Shown here one piece after another: positions 1 through 10,088 of a stretch of DNA of 64,000 nucleotides. Positions within the stretch are counted from its first letter, which is position 1. Each line of letters opens with the position of its first letter. This DNA comes from Chthoniobacteraceae bacterium (GTDB lineage: Bacteria; Verrucomicrobiota; Verrucomicrobiia; Chthoniobacterales; Chthoniobacteraceae). The stretch lies in assembly GCA_031409335.1 (NCBI GenBank), contig JANNWY010000012.1, forward strand, positions 1-64,000. The letters run 5' to 3'. Made by a program: the position numbers and the translations under genes. Below the pieces are notes generated by a model, which was given only the letters and a program-made list of their open reading frames with translations, was not told the DNA's origin and ran no database searches.

Positions 1-181
1 TGCCAAGACCAACGGGGTGGCCAAGAAACCCCTGCGCCGGAATGAATCACTCAAGGAGCGCGTGACCCAAGACCTCGCGAACATCAAAGCGAACCAACCT
101 CTGGTCCGCTCCTTTTTTATGGGTAAGAGTGTAGTCTATGCCACGGACGAGTTATTAACTATACTACCCTCACAGTTGTAA
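1..181 (+). mobile_element. IS630-family transposase, C-terminal fragment (runs off the window edge)
   Basis: Frame from nt 2 reads AKTNGVAKKPLRRNESLKERVTQDLANIKANQPLVRSFFMGKSVVYATD..., resembling IS630 C-termini ('LVRSFF....V.Y'); in-frame TAA at 179-181. Confidence 0.65.
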
Positions 182-235
182 CTTGGAATCCAAGTAACAG
201 TCCTCCCGTTTTCTTAAATTCTTGATGCGCGCGAG

Positions 236-447
236 TATAGAAGATGGCGTTGAGAATGATCCGGCGCGAGTGCGTGATGGGTCGCCCGTCGGTACTGGGC
301 TTGGGAAGGAGCGGTTCGAGGAGTTTCCATTCGAGGTCGCTGAGGTCGCTGGGATCGCTTTGGGATGAGTGCATCCCAAGCTTGATGTATGGATGCTATG
401 GATCGTACAAGTCCTAAATATTAAAGGGCTTTCCGGATGGGCTCTTA
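236..447 (-). pseudogene. IS5-family transposase N-terminal remnant with left end
   Basis: PSDLSDLEWKLLEPLLP..GRP....RIILNAIFY is the DUF4096-type N-terminus; similarity stops after IFY; putative left end TAA-GAGCCCATCCGGAAAG at 447-429. Confidence 0.75.
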
Positions 448-772
448 GAAAAAGAGGAAGAGCGGCGGCTTTGGAAATATGCAGGTTGGAGGCATTGGGG
501 TTGGGCGCAAAGCAGCGCATCCGGCGTCGCACCCACATTCACAACAGCAGCGAACTCTGCTCCGGCGTGCGAATCTGCATGAAGCAGCGGGGACGCGCCG
601 CCGTCCTGGGTTCGATTCTCAATGCCGTGTCCGGCAGCGCGTTGCGGTGCTCGTTCAGAATCTGCCAGCATCGATGCGGGCACGCCTGACCCACGCAATG
701 GTGGCATTCGCGCGGTCGCTGGAGCATGGGAAACTTTTAGCGAGTCCCATGCCAGCGGATTGAGGTCGCCGC

Positions 773-2752
773 TTACGTGGCATTCAACACCTCCGGGCAC
801 CTTCGTTCAGTGCCCGTGTCGGATTCCAGTTCATCCGCTGGCGGCGGCAGAGATTTTTGAAGCCGGGCAGTCTCCGGCGTGTATTCCGGGATGGCCCGGT
901 TCAGCAGTGCCTTCAATGCCGCGCTCTCCGATTCGTCCTCGGCAAGCGCGCGCGCGATCTCATCCACAAATGCGCGGATGATGCTGTGGTGCTGCGGCTC
1001 CGAGTCGAGCCGGCAGATTTTCGGGTGCTTCGTCACGGTCGCTTTTTCCCGACTCAGGCTCAGCTCTTCGTGCAGCTTTTCGCCAGGCCGCATTCCGGTG
1101 ATGGCGATGTCGATGTCCTCGTACGGTTTGAAACCGCTGAGCTCGATCATCTGAATCGCGAGATCGAGGATGCGGACGGGCTTCCCCATATCGAGCATGA
1201 AAATGTCGCCGCCTCTGCCGAGCGTCGCGCTCTGGAGGACCAGCGAGACGGCCTCCGGGATCGTCATGAAAAAGCGCGTCACTTCGGGATGCGTGACGGT
1301 GACCGGTCCGCCGGCGCGAATCTGCCGGGTGAAGGTGGGCACGACGCTGCCGGAGGAACCGAGCACATTCCCAAAACGCACCGCCATGAACTTCGTGCCG
1401 TGCGAGCGCGTGATGAGGGACTGGATGAACATTTCCGCGAGCCGCTTCGTGGCGCCCATGACGCTGGTGGGATTCACGGCTTTGTCCGTGGAAATGAGCA
1501 CGAAGCGCTCGACCTCGTGCGCCATCGCGAGTTCGGCCAGCAGGGCCGTGCCGAAGACATTGTTGCGGATCGCCTCGGCCGGCTGCGCCTCCATCATCGG
1601 CACATGCTTGTGCGCGGCGGCGTGGAAAATGACCTGCGGTTGGAAGCGGCGGAAGATCGAATTCATCCGGTCGCGATTGCCGATGTCCGCGATCACGGGC
1701 AGGACGATTTCGTCCGTGCGGCCTTCGTTCAACTCCTGCTCGATGGTGAAAAGCTGCGGTTCCGAACGCTCGACGAGCAGCAGCAGCGACGGACCGAAGG
1801 AAAGGATCTGGCGGCACAGCTCGCTGCCGATGCTGCCACCCGCGCCAGTGACCATCACGCAGCGTCCGGCGATGATTTCGCGCACGGCCGCACTCTCGAT
1901 TTGCACCGGATCGCGGCCGAGCAAGTCCTCTATCTCGACCGGTCGCAACGTGGTGACGCTGGCATGTCCGGTGGCGAGCTGGCCGAGCGATGGCAGCGTG
2001 CGGCAGGGGAGCTGCGTCTCGCGGACGATGCGGACGATGTCGCGAATCCGTTTCGCGGGGGCGGACGGCATCGCGATGATGATCTCGTCGATGCGAAGTT
2101 CTGATTTGCGTGCGGCGATGTCCTCGGGCCGGCCGGCGACAGCGATGCCGTGAATGCTGGAGGTGAGATTTCGGTAGTCGTCAAAAAAAGCGACGGGCAC
2201 CATTCCGAGCCAGGGTTTTGCGAGCAGGTCGCGGGCAAGCGCCGCGCCGGAATCGCCCGCGCCGATGATCGCCACGCGGGACATTTCCCCGGCGGACGGG
2301 CCGGTCTGGCGATACTTGCGAAGGCGCATGTAGCGGAAGCCAAGGCGCGTCCCCGAGAGGGCGAGCAGGGTCAGGAGGAAGTCCGTCAAAATCACGCCGC
2401 GCGGCGGAGCGAACTCGATCCCCCAAACGGCGCGAATCACCGCGACAACCGCCGTGGGAACGATGCAGGCCAGAAACATGCGCTTCAAATCGGGCGTGCT
2501 GAAATAGCTCAGGAGTCCGTCGAATTGATTGAACACGAACAGGCTCACCAATTTTATTGCGATGATGATGCATGCGATGGTGATGAGATTCGGCTCAAAC
2601 CGGTCCGGCACGTTGAAGTCGAACCGCAACTGATAGGCGAACCACAGGCACAGCAGGAGCGCCGACGTGTAGATCCCGGCGAGCGCGAGAACGCGGATTC
2701 CGGGCCGACGCAGGATCGTGACGAGGATCGTCCGAATGATGTTTCGAGTCAT
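773..2752 (-). CDS. Membrane-bound UDP-GlcNAc 4,6-dehydratase (CapD/PglF/WbpM family)
   Basis: N-terminal TM helices, GAGDSG, TGAGGSIGSE, HAAAHKHVP, STDKAVNP, RFGNVLGSSGSV, MRPGEKLHEEL; ATG 2752 overlaps the upstream stop (ATGA). Confidence 0.93.
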   Translation of the reverse strand: MTRNIIRTILVTILRRPGIRVLALAGIYTSALLLCLWFAYQLRFDFNVPDRFEPNLITIACIIIAIKLVSLFVFNQFDGLLSYFSTPDLKRMFLACIVPTAVVAVIRAVWGIEFAPPRGVILTDFLLTLLALSGTRLGFRYMRLRKYRQTGPSAGEMSRVAIIGAGDSGAALARDLLAKPWLGMVPVAFFDDYRNLTSSIHGIAVAGRPEDIAARKSELRIDEIIIAMPSAPAKRIRDIVRIVRETQLPCRTLPSLGQLATGHASVTTLRPVEIEDLLGRDPVQIESAAVREIIAGRCVMVTGAGGSIGSELCRQILSFGPSLLLLVERSEPQLFTIEQELNEGRTDEIVLPVIADIGNRDRMNSIFRRFQPQVIFHAAAHKHVPMMEAQPAEAIRNNVFGTALLAELAMAHEVERFVLISTDKAVNPTSVMGATKRLAEMFIQSLITRSHGTKFMAVRFGNVLGSSGSVVPTFTRQIRAGGPVTVTHPEVTRFFMTIPEAVSLVLQSATLGRGGDIFMLDMGKPVRILDLAIQMIELSGFKPYEDIDIAITGMRPGEKLHEELSLSREKATVTKHPKICRLDSEPQHHSIIRAFVDEIARALAEDESESAALKALLNRAIPEYTPETARLQKSLPPPADELESDTGTERRCPEVLNAT

Positions 2753-3894
2753 GGTTTTGGTTTGGGCTGGTGGAGGGCGTTGATTATGAGGCGGCAAATT
2801 CGGGAGTGGTCAACATCGGTCAGGCTCGACCCACTCGGCAGGCAAAGTCCGCGCTCGAAGAGACGCGCGGCGACTTCACCGCCGCGCGTCCGGCTTCCCG
2901 CAAAAACTGGCTGAAGATGGAGCGGCTTCCACATCGGGCGCGATTCGATGTTGGCGGCCTCCAGCGCGAGCCGCACCTGCTCGCGCGTCGCGCCGGATTT
3001 TTCCGGGTCGATTGTGATGCAGGTGAGCCAGAAGTTCGGCTCGCCATGCGCGGCGACGGGCATGAATTCGATGCCGGGCAACGCGCCGAGAGCTTCGCGG
3101 TAACGCTCGAAATTTCGCCGGCGCGCGGCAATCCGCTGCGGAAGCGCGCGCAATTGCCCGCGCCCGATCCCGGCGAGCACGTTGCTCATCCGATAGTTGA
3201 AGCCGATCTGCGAGTGCTGGTAGTGCGGCGCGGGATCGCGCGCCTGCGTCGCCAGATAGCGCGCCCGCTCGATCAGCGTCGCGTCATCGGAGACCAGCAT
3301 TCCGCCGCCGGACGTGGTGATGATCTTGTTGCCGTTGAAAGAAAACACACCGAGGCGTCCCTGCGTTCCAGCCATGCGGCCTTTGTAAGTCGCGCCGAGC
3401 GCTTCCGCGGAATCTTGAATGATCGGCACTTCGTAGCGCGCGCACACTTCCACGATCGGATCGTAGTCCGCGCACTGGCCGTAAAGATCGACGACGATCA
3501 CCGCGCGAGGCAGCCGCCCGCGCGCGCCACATTCCGCGAGTTCCTCGGCGAGCAAGGCCGGATCCATGTTCCAGCTTCGTGTTTCCGAGTCGATGAAGAC
3601 TGGTTTCCCGCCTTCGTACGCGATCGGATTTGCGCTCGCGCTGAAAGTGAGCGTCGGACAAAAAACTTCGTCGCCGGGCTGCATCCCGAGCAGTCGCAGC
3701 GCGAGATGAATCGCCGCCGTCCCGGACGAGAGCGCCGCCGCGTGCGCGACGCCGACAAACCGCGCGAGTTCATTTTCAAATCCATCCACGTGCGGCCCAA
3801 GCGGCGCGATCCAGTTCGAGGCGAAGGCCTCTTTGACGAGTTCGAGTTCCTCGCCGCTCATGTGCGGTGGTGAAAGGTAAATGCGTGGGTTCAT
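2749..3894 (-). CDS. DegT/DnrJ/EryC1/StrS PLP-dependent sugar aminotransferase (PglE/EpsN-like)
   Basis: LSSGTAAIHLAL, DSAEALGA, SFNGNKIITTSGGG (PLP Lys), GFNYRMSN, LCLPSG. Confidence 0.95.
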   Translation of the reverse strand: MNPRIYLSPPHMSGEELELVKEAFASNWIAPLGPHVDGFENELARFVGVAHAAALSSGTAAIHLALRLLGMQPGDEVFCPTLTFSASANPIAYEGGKPVFIDSETRSWNMDPALLAEELAECGARGRLPRAVIVVDLYGQCADYDPIVEVCARYEVPIIQDSAEALGATYKGRMAGTQGRLGVFSFNGNKIITTSGGGMLVSDDATLIERARYLATQARDPAPHYQHSQIGFNYRMSNVLAGIGRGQLRALPQRIAARRRNFERYREALGALPGIEFMPVAAHGEPNFWLTCITIDPEKSGATREQVRLALEAANIESRPMWKPLHLQPVFAGSRTRGGEVAARLFERGLCLPSGSSLTDVDHSRICRLIINALHQPKPKP

Positions 3895-5579
3895 TTCTTG
3901 AGAATTTTCGCGGGGTTGCCCACCGCCACAACGCCGTCGCCGAGATCACGAATCACCACGGCTCCCGCGCCGACGGTGCTCCAGCGACCGATCTTGACTC
4001 CGGGAATCGCCACGCTGCCGATGCCGAGGAAGGCACCCTCGCCGACCTGCACTGCACCCGCGAGATGCACACCTGGCGCGATATGCGCGAAGTCGCCAAT
4101 GACGCAATCGTGATCAATCGTCGCCCCCGTATTTACGATCACGTGCTCGCCGATCACTGCATCGGGTTGCACCACGGCGCCCGCGAAGATCACCGTGCCC
4201 CGACCCACCTTCGCCGAAGGATGCACGTATGCCGTCGGATGAATGACGGTCTCCCAATCGAAGCGCAACGCCTTTGCCATCTCCATGCGTTTCGAGTTGT
4301 CGCCGATGGCAATGATTGCGCTGCCGCCGCGCTCGCGCTCCGTCTCGCTGACGACAGTGCCCTGCGCGTCATTGCCCCACTTGGCGTCGTCATCGTCAAA
4401 GACTGCCGCGACATGGATGCCACGGGCGATGAGTGTGCTGATGATTACCTTGGAATGGCCGCCCGCGCCGATCACGACAATGCCATCCTTTCGTCCTGCC
4501 GGCATCGTCGGGCACCGGTATTGGGGGAAAAAATCCGTGGAAGTCCACTGCACGCCGTCCGCGACATTGCGGCCTGTTTTTTCATCACAGAGCTTTCGGT
4601 AAGCCTCGGGCTCGATCACCCATCGCCAAGTGGGAAAGGTATGCCTGCGCTGAGAGAAGCCTGACTTAAAGAAGAAAAGCGAATCCTCCTTAGAACCAAC
4701 CCCGCCGCCGAGATGCATCGTTCGCGCGCCCCGTTCGTTTGCCCACAGCCGCGCCGAGTCGATGAGCAGGGGAGTCGGCGCGATTTTCACAAAGTCGTCG
4801 CTGGTTCCACCGAGGTGGTACTGGACGATTCCATCGCAGATCGTGAACAACGCCGCACCGATGACCACTCCATCGAGTTTTGCGACGAATAGCTCAAGCG
4901 CAGGCCCAAGGCGTTCTGCGAGGCATGTAAAATAGTCTGGCTTGAAAAAGTAAGACTCATGCGCATTCACACGCCGCATTGTCTGGTGATAGATGCGCGT
5001 GAAGTCTGCGAGGTGGTGCTTGCCTTCATCGCGCATGCAAACAAGGCCCGCGCGCCGGAGCTTGTTAATACTCGACTTATAGGAGGCACGGTATTGCGCC
5101 CACTGCATTTCCGGCGCGAGGGTCAGGTCGATGGAGACCGTTTCGCCTTCCGGCCTGCAATCGCCGATTGCGGCGAGTATCCCAGTTTGCGGGATCAATG
5201 GGTGCAGCCTCGAAAACACGGTTACGACGCCGCGCTGTATCAAAGCCTCCTTCAGCGCCTCCTGAAAGCTCATCACCGCGGCCGCAGGAATTTCCGCGTG
5301 CGATGCGAGCGGTCCCGCGTAGCCATAGACCGAAGTGGCATCGTAAGAGGTCGTGTCACCAGACGGCTCGATGGGTCGCAGCAGCAGAGGGAGCGCGATC
5401 GTGTGCTCGCCATCGCGATATGCGAAGAGATGCGCGGTCCCTTCGCCGCGTTCCTCCGCGAGGCGGTGATACTCCGCGAGATGATAGAAATCATGCTGCG
5501 CCACGCGCGCGAGCACGTCGTTCCATTCCTGTGCCTGCGCGGTTTGCAGGACGGAAAAGCGCGGATCGGCAGCCGTCAT
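3891..5579 (-). CDS. Fusion: GNAT/FemAB-like acyltransferase + PglD/NeuD-type hexapeptide-repeat sugar acetyltransferase
   Basis: N-part YDATSVYGYAGP, YHLGG, HLGGGVG..DSLFFFKSGF; C-part IGAGGHSKV, hexapeptide repeats, IDHDC, VGNPAK. Confidence 0.88.
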   Translation of the reverse strand: MTAADPRFSVLQTAQAQEWNDVLARVAQHDFYHLAEYHRLAEERGEGTAHLFAYRDGEHTIALPLLLRPIEPSGDTTSYDATSVYGYAGPLASHAEIPAAAVMSFQEALKEALIQRGVVTVFSRLHPLIPQTGILAAIGDCRPEGETVSIDLTLAPEMQWAQYRASYKSSINKLRRAGLVCMRDEGKHHLADFTRIYHQTMRRVNAHESYFFKPDYFTCLAERLGPALELFVAKLDGVVIGAALFTICDGIVQYHLGGTSDDFVKIAPTPLLIDSARLWANERGARTMHLGGGVGSKEDSLFFFKSGFSQRRHTFPTWRWVIEPEAYRKLCDEKTGRNVADGVQWTSTDFFPQYRCPTMPAGRKDGIVVIGAGGHSKVIISTLIARGIHVAAVFDDDDAKWGNDAQGTVVSETERERGGSAIIAIGDNSKRMEMAKALRFDWETVIHPTAYVHPSAKVGRGTVIFAGAVVQPDAVIGEHVIVNTGATIDHDCVIGDFAHIAPGVHLAGAVQVGEGAFLGIGSVAIPGVKIGRWSTVGAGAVVIRDLGDGVVAVGNPAKILKK

Positions 5580-6193
5580 ACTGTCTCCTTTCCGCCGCGC
5601 CCGACACCCATGAATTCCGGCGCGCTAAAATGGGATGGCGCGCTCACGCCTTCCGCGCCGGTGACGGCGCGCACGGTCAGCAGCAGGATTTTCAAATCGA
5701 GCCACAACGAGCGGTGGTCCACATACTCGACATCGAGCGCGAATTTTTCCTCCCACGAAAGGTTGTTGCGCCCGCTCACTTGCGCGAGGCCGGTGATGCC
5801 GGGAAGCGTGTCGTGCCTGCGCATCTGTTCCTGCGAATAGCGCGGAAGGTATCGCATCAAAAGCGGGCGTGGTCCGACGAGACTCATCTCGCCTTTGAGC
5901 ACGTTGAGCAGTTCGGGCAGTTCGTCGAGGCTCGTGCGGCGCAGCATTTGGCCGAAAGGATGCACGCGCTTTTCATCGGGCAGCGGCGCGCCGGAGTCGT
6001 CGCGCGCATCGGTCATCGTGCGAAATTTGAGAAGGATGAACGGTCTGCCGCCGAGACCCGGACGCTCATGGCGAAACAGGACGGGGGAGCCGATTTTCAA
6101 GCGCACGAGCAGCGCCACGACGAGCAGCACCGGCGCGAGCAGGAGCAGCGCGGGAATGGTGAGCGCGAGGTCGAAGAGGCGTTTGCGAATCAT
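5576..6193 (-). CDS. Phosphoglycosyl (initiating sugar) transferase, PglC-like
   Basis: KRLFDL, KFRTM, RRTSLDELPEL, MSLVGPRP, PGITGLAQVSGRN; ATG 6193 overlaps the upstream stop. Confidence 0.93.
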   Translation of the reverse strand: MIRKRLFDLALTIPALLLLAPVLLVVALLVRLKIGSPVLFRHERPGLGGRPFILLKFRTMTDARDDSGAPLPDEKRVHPFGQMLRRTSLDELPELLNVLKGEMSLVGPRPLLMRYLPRYSQEQMRRHDTLPGITGLAQVSGRNNLSWEEKFALDVEYVDHRSLWLDLKILLLTVRAVTGAEGVSAPSHFSAPEFMGVGRGGKETV

Positions 6194-8907
6194 TGCGCGG
6201 CGATGGGTTTCTGCGTTGGAGCTTTTTGCGACATCAGCCACGCGACGATGTCGGCGACTTGGTCCGGCGCGAGCATTCCGCCGAAGGGCGGCATCGCGGA
6301 AGTGTGCAGGCTTTCGCGCTGGGTGATGAGCGCCTTCTCGATGCGCACGGGCTGGCCGGCGGCCTGCGCGAGCGTGAGATGCAGGTCGGTTTCTTCCCGC
6401 AAAATCCCAGCGAAACTTTTCCCATCGCGCGTGCTCACGCTCAGCAGCGCGAAGCCCTCCGTGATCACCGCGTTGGCTTCGAGGATCGAGCGGACGATGT
6501 GCTCGGGATCGTTGCGTTCGCCGATCGCCGAAAGGTCCGGCCCGAACTGTCTTCCCAGCGTGCCCGCGCGGTGGCAGTTCACGCAGCCTGCGGCGGTAAA
6601 AAGCGCGCGACCCTGATCGGCGTGCCCCGCTTTCAACACCGCGAGCGCCTGTTCGACAGTCGTCGGCTGTGCGCGCGGCTGGAGCGCGGCGGCCGCAGCC
6701 GGCCCTCCCGTGCGCTTTGTGAAAATGGCATCGGCGGTTTCGCCGATGGATTTGCTTTCCACAAAGAGCGCGGCCCGCAGCGTCGTCGTGTCGCGCAGCA
6801 TGATCGACCCCGACTCGGGAAAAAGCGGCGATTGCTCCGTCGGACTGGAGCCGTCGAGCGTGTAGTGGATCGCCGATGGCTTCAAACCGGGTGTGACGTA
6901 CACCGTCACCTCACGCTCAAATTCGCCCGGCTCCGGCTCGAACGTGATGAAGGGATTGCCGCTGCGCTTCGCCAGCCAGAGCGCAGCGACCTCGGTGGTG
7001 GCGGGATCGCCGATGAGCCCCGTCGCCTCGGTGGGGCTGATCTGGCCTAGATCGGCGAGCGCCAGCAGCGCGGTGCGCCGCACTCCGTCGCGCGAATCTT
7101 TCAGCATTTCCCACAGCGCATCACTGCCCGCGATGTCGCGCAGCGCGATCCATGCAGAATAGAATGTGACGCGATCGGTTTCCGTCGCGGCGAGCGCTTT
7201 CAGCGCATCGACGAATCGTGTCTCTCGCGCCTGCCGGATCGCCTGCGAGGCGGCGAAGCGGATGCGCGGTTCGGCATCGCGCAGCGCATCGGCGACGACA
7301 TCGGGAAGCGGGCGCGCGCGCTCGCCGAGGATGCGCAGCGTCTGGATGCGGCGGTTCAGCGACGCGCCGCGATCGTACGCGGGCATTTCGCCGATTCGCC
7401 CGAGCGTCCACAGCGCCCACGTCTCCTGCGCCATCGGCAGGCCGGGAGTTTCGAGAAGGCGCTGCAAAACCGTTTTCACCGCAGCACCGCGCCGCACCAA
7501 TTCCTCCTGCGCATCCACGCGCCACGTCGGGACGTGACTGCCGAGGTCTTCCGCGATTTCGGCAAAGCTCCACCCCGCCAGCGGGCGCTCGCGTTTCGCC
7601 GTGCGCCAGTCCAGCAGCGGCGCGCCTTTCCACACGATGCGATAGACGCGGCCTTCGAGTTCGTCCGTCTTTCCGAGCAGGCCACGCACGACTTTCTGCG
7701 GACGGTTGTACATCTTGCCCCAGCTCAGCACCCACAGCGCGCCGTCCGGCCCGATTTCCATATCCGTCGGGCGAAAGAGCGATCGCCCGCCCGTGACGAA
7801 TTCCCCCCACGCACCGCCCTCCGGCTGCATGAGCGCGCCATCCCAGCGCGGGCGATAACTGAACGTCGTCTTGCGTTGGTAGTCGTTCATCAGCCACACG
7901 CCGCGGTACTCCGGCGGAAACTGCGGCGCATCGTGAAAAACCACGCCCGTGCTCGACCCATCGTAAAGCGGCCCGCTGACCGGCACCGTCGGCGGATTGC
8001 GCTCGCCCGTCCAATGCGCGCTCCAGGCGTGGCCCCATCCGAAATGCGCGCCTGCGAACGGCATGACGATCCGGTCGCCCTCGTGTTGATCGTTGTCGGT
8101 CCCGAGCCAGTTGAAACCGCTGTCGAAGACGATGTCGAAAGGGTTGCGCAGCCCGCGCGAAACGATCTCCAAATTGCCACCCATGTCGTCGCAGCGAAGG
8201 AATCCGCCCTCGCGTCCCCAGGCGTCGCGCGGATCCTGCCAGGCATGTTTGTATTCACCTTTTTTGAAAGTCTGCGGCGGCGGGAAATCCGGCGACCCAT
8301 CCGGCGCGCTCACGCCCCACAGCTCGCGGAATGGCTTCGGCGCAAGGTTTCCGGCCTGCGTCAGTCCCTTCGAGTTCCCCTTCGTCATGTAGAGCTTTCC
8401 GTCCGGCGCCCAGATCAGGCCATGCAGCGCGTGCTCCAGATTTCCGAGGTCGGTGTAAACGCGCACGTATTCGTCCGCCTCATCGTCGCCATCGAGGTCG
8501 CGCGCGATCGTGAGGTCGGGCGCATTCGCGATCCACAAGTCCCGCCCATGCCACGCGAGCCCCTGGATCGAATTCAAGCCGGTCGCAAAATCCTTCGTCT
8601 TGTCCGCGACGCCATCGCCGTCTGAATCGAGGAGGATCACGACCCGGTCGCCGGGCGTTTCGGGCGTCGGATTGCGATACTGCGGACCCATGCCGACGAA
8701 AAGCCGCCCCTTCCGATCGAAAGCCATCGCGCCCGGATTGCCGACCATCGGCTCTTTCGCGAAGAGCTTCACCTCGAAGCCCGCCGGCACTTGCGGCAAT
8801 GCGTTCGCATCCATATGCGACGAGTCGGATGGGTGCGCGAAGTAAAGTGCCGCGGCACCCAGCCCGCAAAGTCCGAAGCCGATTAGAAGTATCTTCGACT
8901 TGCTCAT
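6190..8907 (-). CDS. PVC-type heme-binding CxxCH protein (membrane anchor, dehydrogenase-like beta-propeller, HEAT repeats, chitobiase/FN3-associated domain, cytochrome c)
   Basis: PAGFEVKLFAKEP, DSDGDGVAD, WAPDGKLY, GLRNP, HEAT-like helices, IHYTLDGSSP, CVNCH..GPDLS..SAMP. Confidence 0.88.
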   Translation of the reverse strand: MSKSKILLIGFGLCGLGAAALYFAHPSDSSHMDANALPQVPAGFEVKLFAKEPMVGNPGAMAFDRKGRLFVGMGPQYRNPTPETPGDRVVILLDSDGDGVADKTKDFATGLNSIQGLAWHGRDLWIANAPDLTIARDLDGDDEADEYVRVYTDLGNLEHALHGLIWAPDGKLYMTKGNSKGLTQAGNLAPKPFRELWGVSAPDGSPDFPPPQTFKKGEYKHAWQDPRDAWGREGGFLRCDDMGGNLEIVSRGLRNPFDIVFDSGFNWLGTDNDQHEGDRIVMPFAGAHFGWGHAWSAHWTGERNPPTVPVSGPLYDGSSTGVVFHDAPQFPPEYRGVWLMNDYQRKTTFSYRPRWDGALMQPEGGAWGEFVTGGRSLFRPTDMEIGPDGALWVLSWGKMYNRPQKVVRGLLGKTDELEGRVYRIVWKGAPLLDWRTAKRERPLAGWSFAEIAEDLGSHVPTWRVDAQEELVRRGAAVKTVLQRLLETPGLPMAQETWALWTLGRIGEMPAYDRGASLNRRIQTLRILGERARPLPDVVADALRDAEPRIRFAASQAIRQARETRFVDALKALAATETDRVTFYSAWIALRDIAGSDALWEMLKDSRDGVRRTALLALADLGQISPTEATGLIGDPATTEVAALWLAKRSGNPFITFEPEPGEFEREVTVYVTPGLKPSAIHYTLDGSSPTEQSPLFPESGSIMLRDTTTLRAALFVESKSIGETADAIFTKRTGGPAAAAALQPRAQPTTVEQALAVLKAGHADQGRALFTAAGCVNCHRAGTLGRQFGPDLSAIGERNDPEHIVRSILEANAVITEGFALLSVSTRDGKSFAGILREETDLHLTLAQAAGQPVRIEKALITQRESLHTSAMPPFGGMLAPDQVADIVAWLMSQKAPTQKPIAAQ

Positions 8908-10088
8908 CACGCGGGACATTGCACTTGGCTGTCCGTTCTCGACGGGAGCGCGCACCCTTTCTCGCGAAGGAGGCGCGCATACTCCGCCTTCACCTTTTCA
9001 AAAACAATGCGCTCATCGAAACGCTCCGCTGCCATGCGGCGCGCTTCGAGGCTCATGCGTTGCGCGGTCGCAGGCTCGGTGAGGATGCGCGTGATCGCGG
9101 ATACGAGCGCAGGCACGTCGCCGAATGGCACGAGCAGTCCGTTGCGATCATGCGTCACCGCCTCGCGATTGCCTTTCACGTTGCTGACGACGCACGGTAT
9201 TCCCATCGCCGAAGCCTCCATGACAACCCTCGGCACACCCTCGAAAAGCGACGGCAGCACGAGCACGTTCATTCGTTTGTAAAGCGGGGGTAACTCGGCA
9301 TTCGGACGATGACCCAGAAATACGCAGCGGTCCGCGATTCCATAGTTTGCCGCGGCGGAAGGTTCCACCGCATCGGGTTTGCCCGCATCGGCATCGCCTG
9401 CGATCAGAAAACGCGCCGTTGGCAAACGGGCCGCGATCTGTTTTGCCGCGGCGAGAAAATCCAGGAAGCCCTTCCGCCGCGCCGCAAGCCTTCCGACGAA
9501 GCCGACGACTGGCGCATCTTCCGGGATGCTAGGAATGTGAGCGCGTTCGCAGGCCGGATCGAATTGCGTCAGATCAATGCCATTTCCCAGAAGCTGAATC
9601 TTGTCCGGTCCGCAAATACCTTCCTTCAGCGCGGTCTGAATGTCCTCGGCGTTTTGCGAAAGGATGAGGTGCGAACAAGTCGCCGCGATCTTTTCCATCG
9701 CGATGTAAAAGCGCCGCGCCTTCGCGCTCATGCGTTCGTGGAAATAGAACCCATGCACGGTATTCACCACGATCGGCACGCCAGCCATGCGCGCCGCGAG
9801 CTGACCCAGCAAGCCTGCCTTCGGCGTATGGGTGTGAACGATGGTGAAACGCGCGCGGCGCATTGTGCCGAACAGCCGCCAGAGCGAAGCGAGATCGGCC
9901 AGTGGCGTGAGGTTGCGGCTGATCGGCACGGCGATGTGGCGGATGCCCGCCGCCTCGATCGCCGGGACATCCGGGCCGGACGCTGAGATGCCGCAGACAT
10001 CGTAGCCAGCCTCGCGCAGGCTGGTCATTTGATTGAGCAACAGCCCGCGCAGCGAGGCATCGACAGTGGTGACGTGGGCGATCTTCAT
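8907..10088 (-). CDS. GT4 glycosyltransferase (PglA/CapM-like)
   Basis: MKIAHVTT, HTHTPKAG, GNGIDL, LPSLFEGVPRVVMEA. Confidence 0.92.
   Translation of the reverse strand: MKIAHVTTVDASLRGLLLNQMTSLREAGYDVCGISASGPDVPAIEAAGIRHIAVPISRNLTPLADLASLWRLFGTMRRARFTIVHTHTPKAGLLGQLAARMAGVPIVVNTVHGFYFHERMSAKARRFYIAMEKIAATCSHLILSQNAEDIQTALKEGICGPDKIQLLGNGIDLTQFDPACERAHIPSIPEDAPVVGFVGRLAARRKGFLDFLAAAKQIAARLPTARFLIAGDADAGKPDAVEPSAAANYGIADRCVFLGHRPNAELPPLYKRMNVLVLPSLFEGVPRVVMEASAMGIPCVVSNVKGNREAVTHDRNGLLVPFGDVPALVSAITRILTEPATAQRMSLEARRMAAERFDERIVFEKVKAEYARLLREKGCALPSRTDSQVQCPA

Noticed and set aside
739..754. Sigma-54-like site TGGCATGGGACTCGCT on the minus strand and the short ORF 539-727
   Set aside because: GG-N10-GC spacing fits, but the -12 element is imperfect and no credible downstream gene exists
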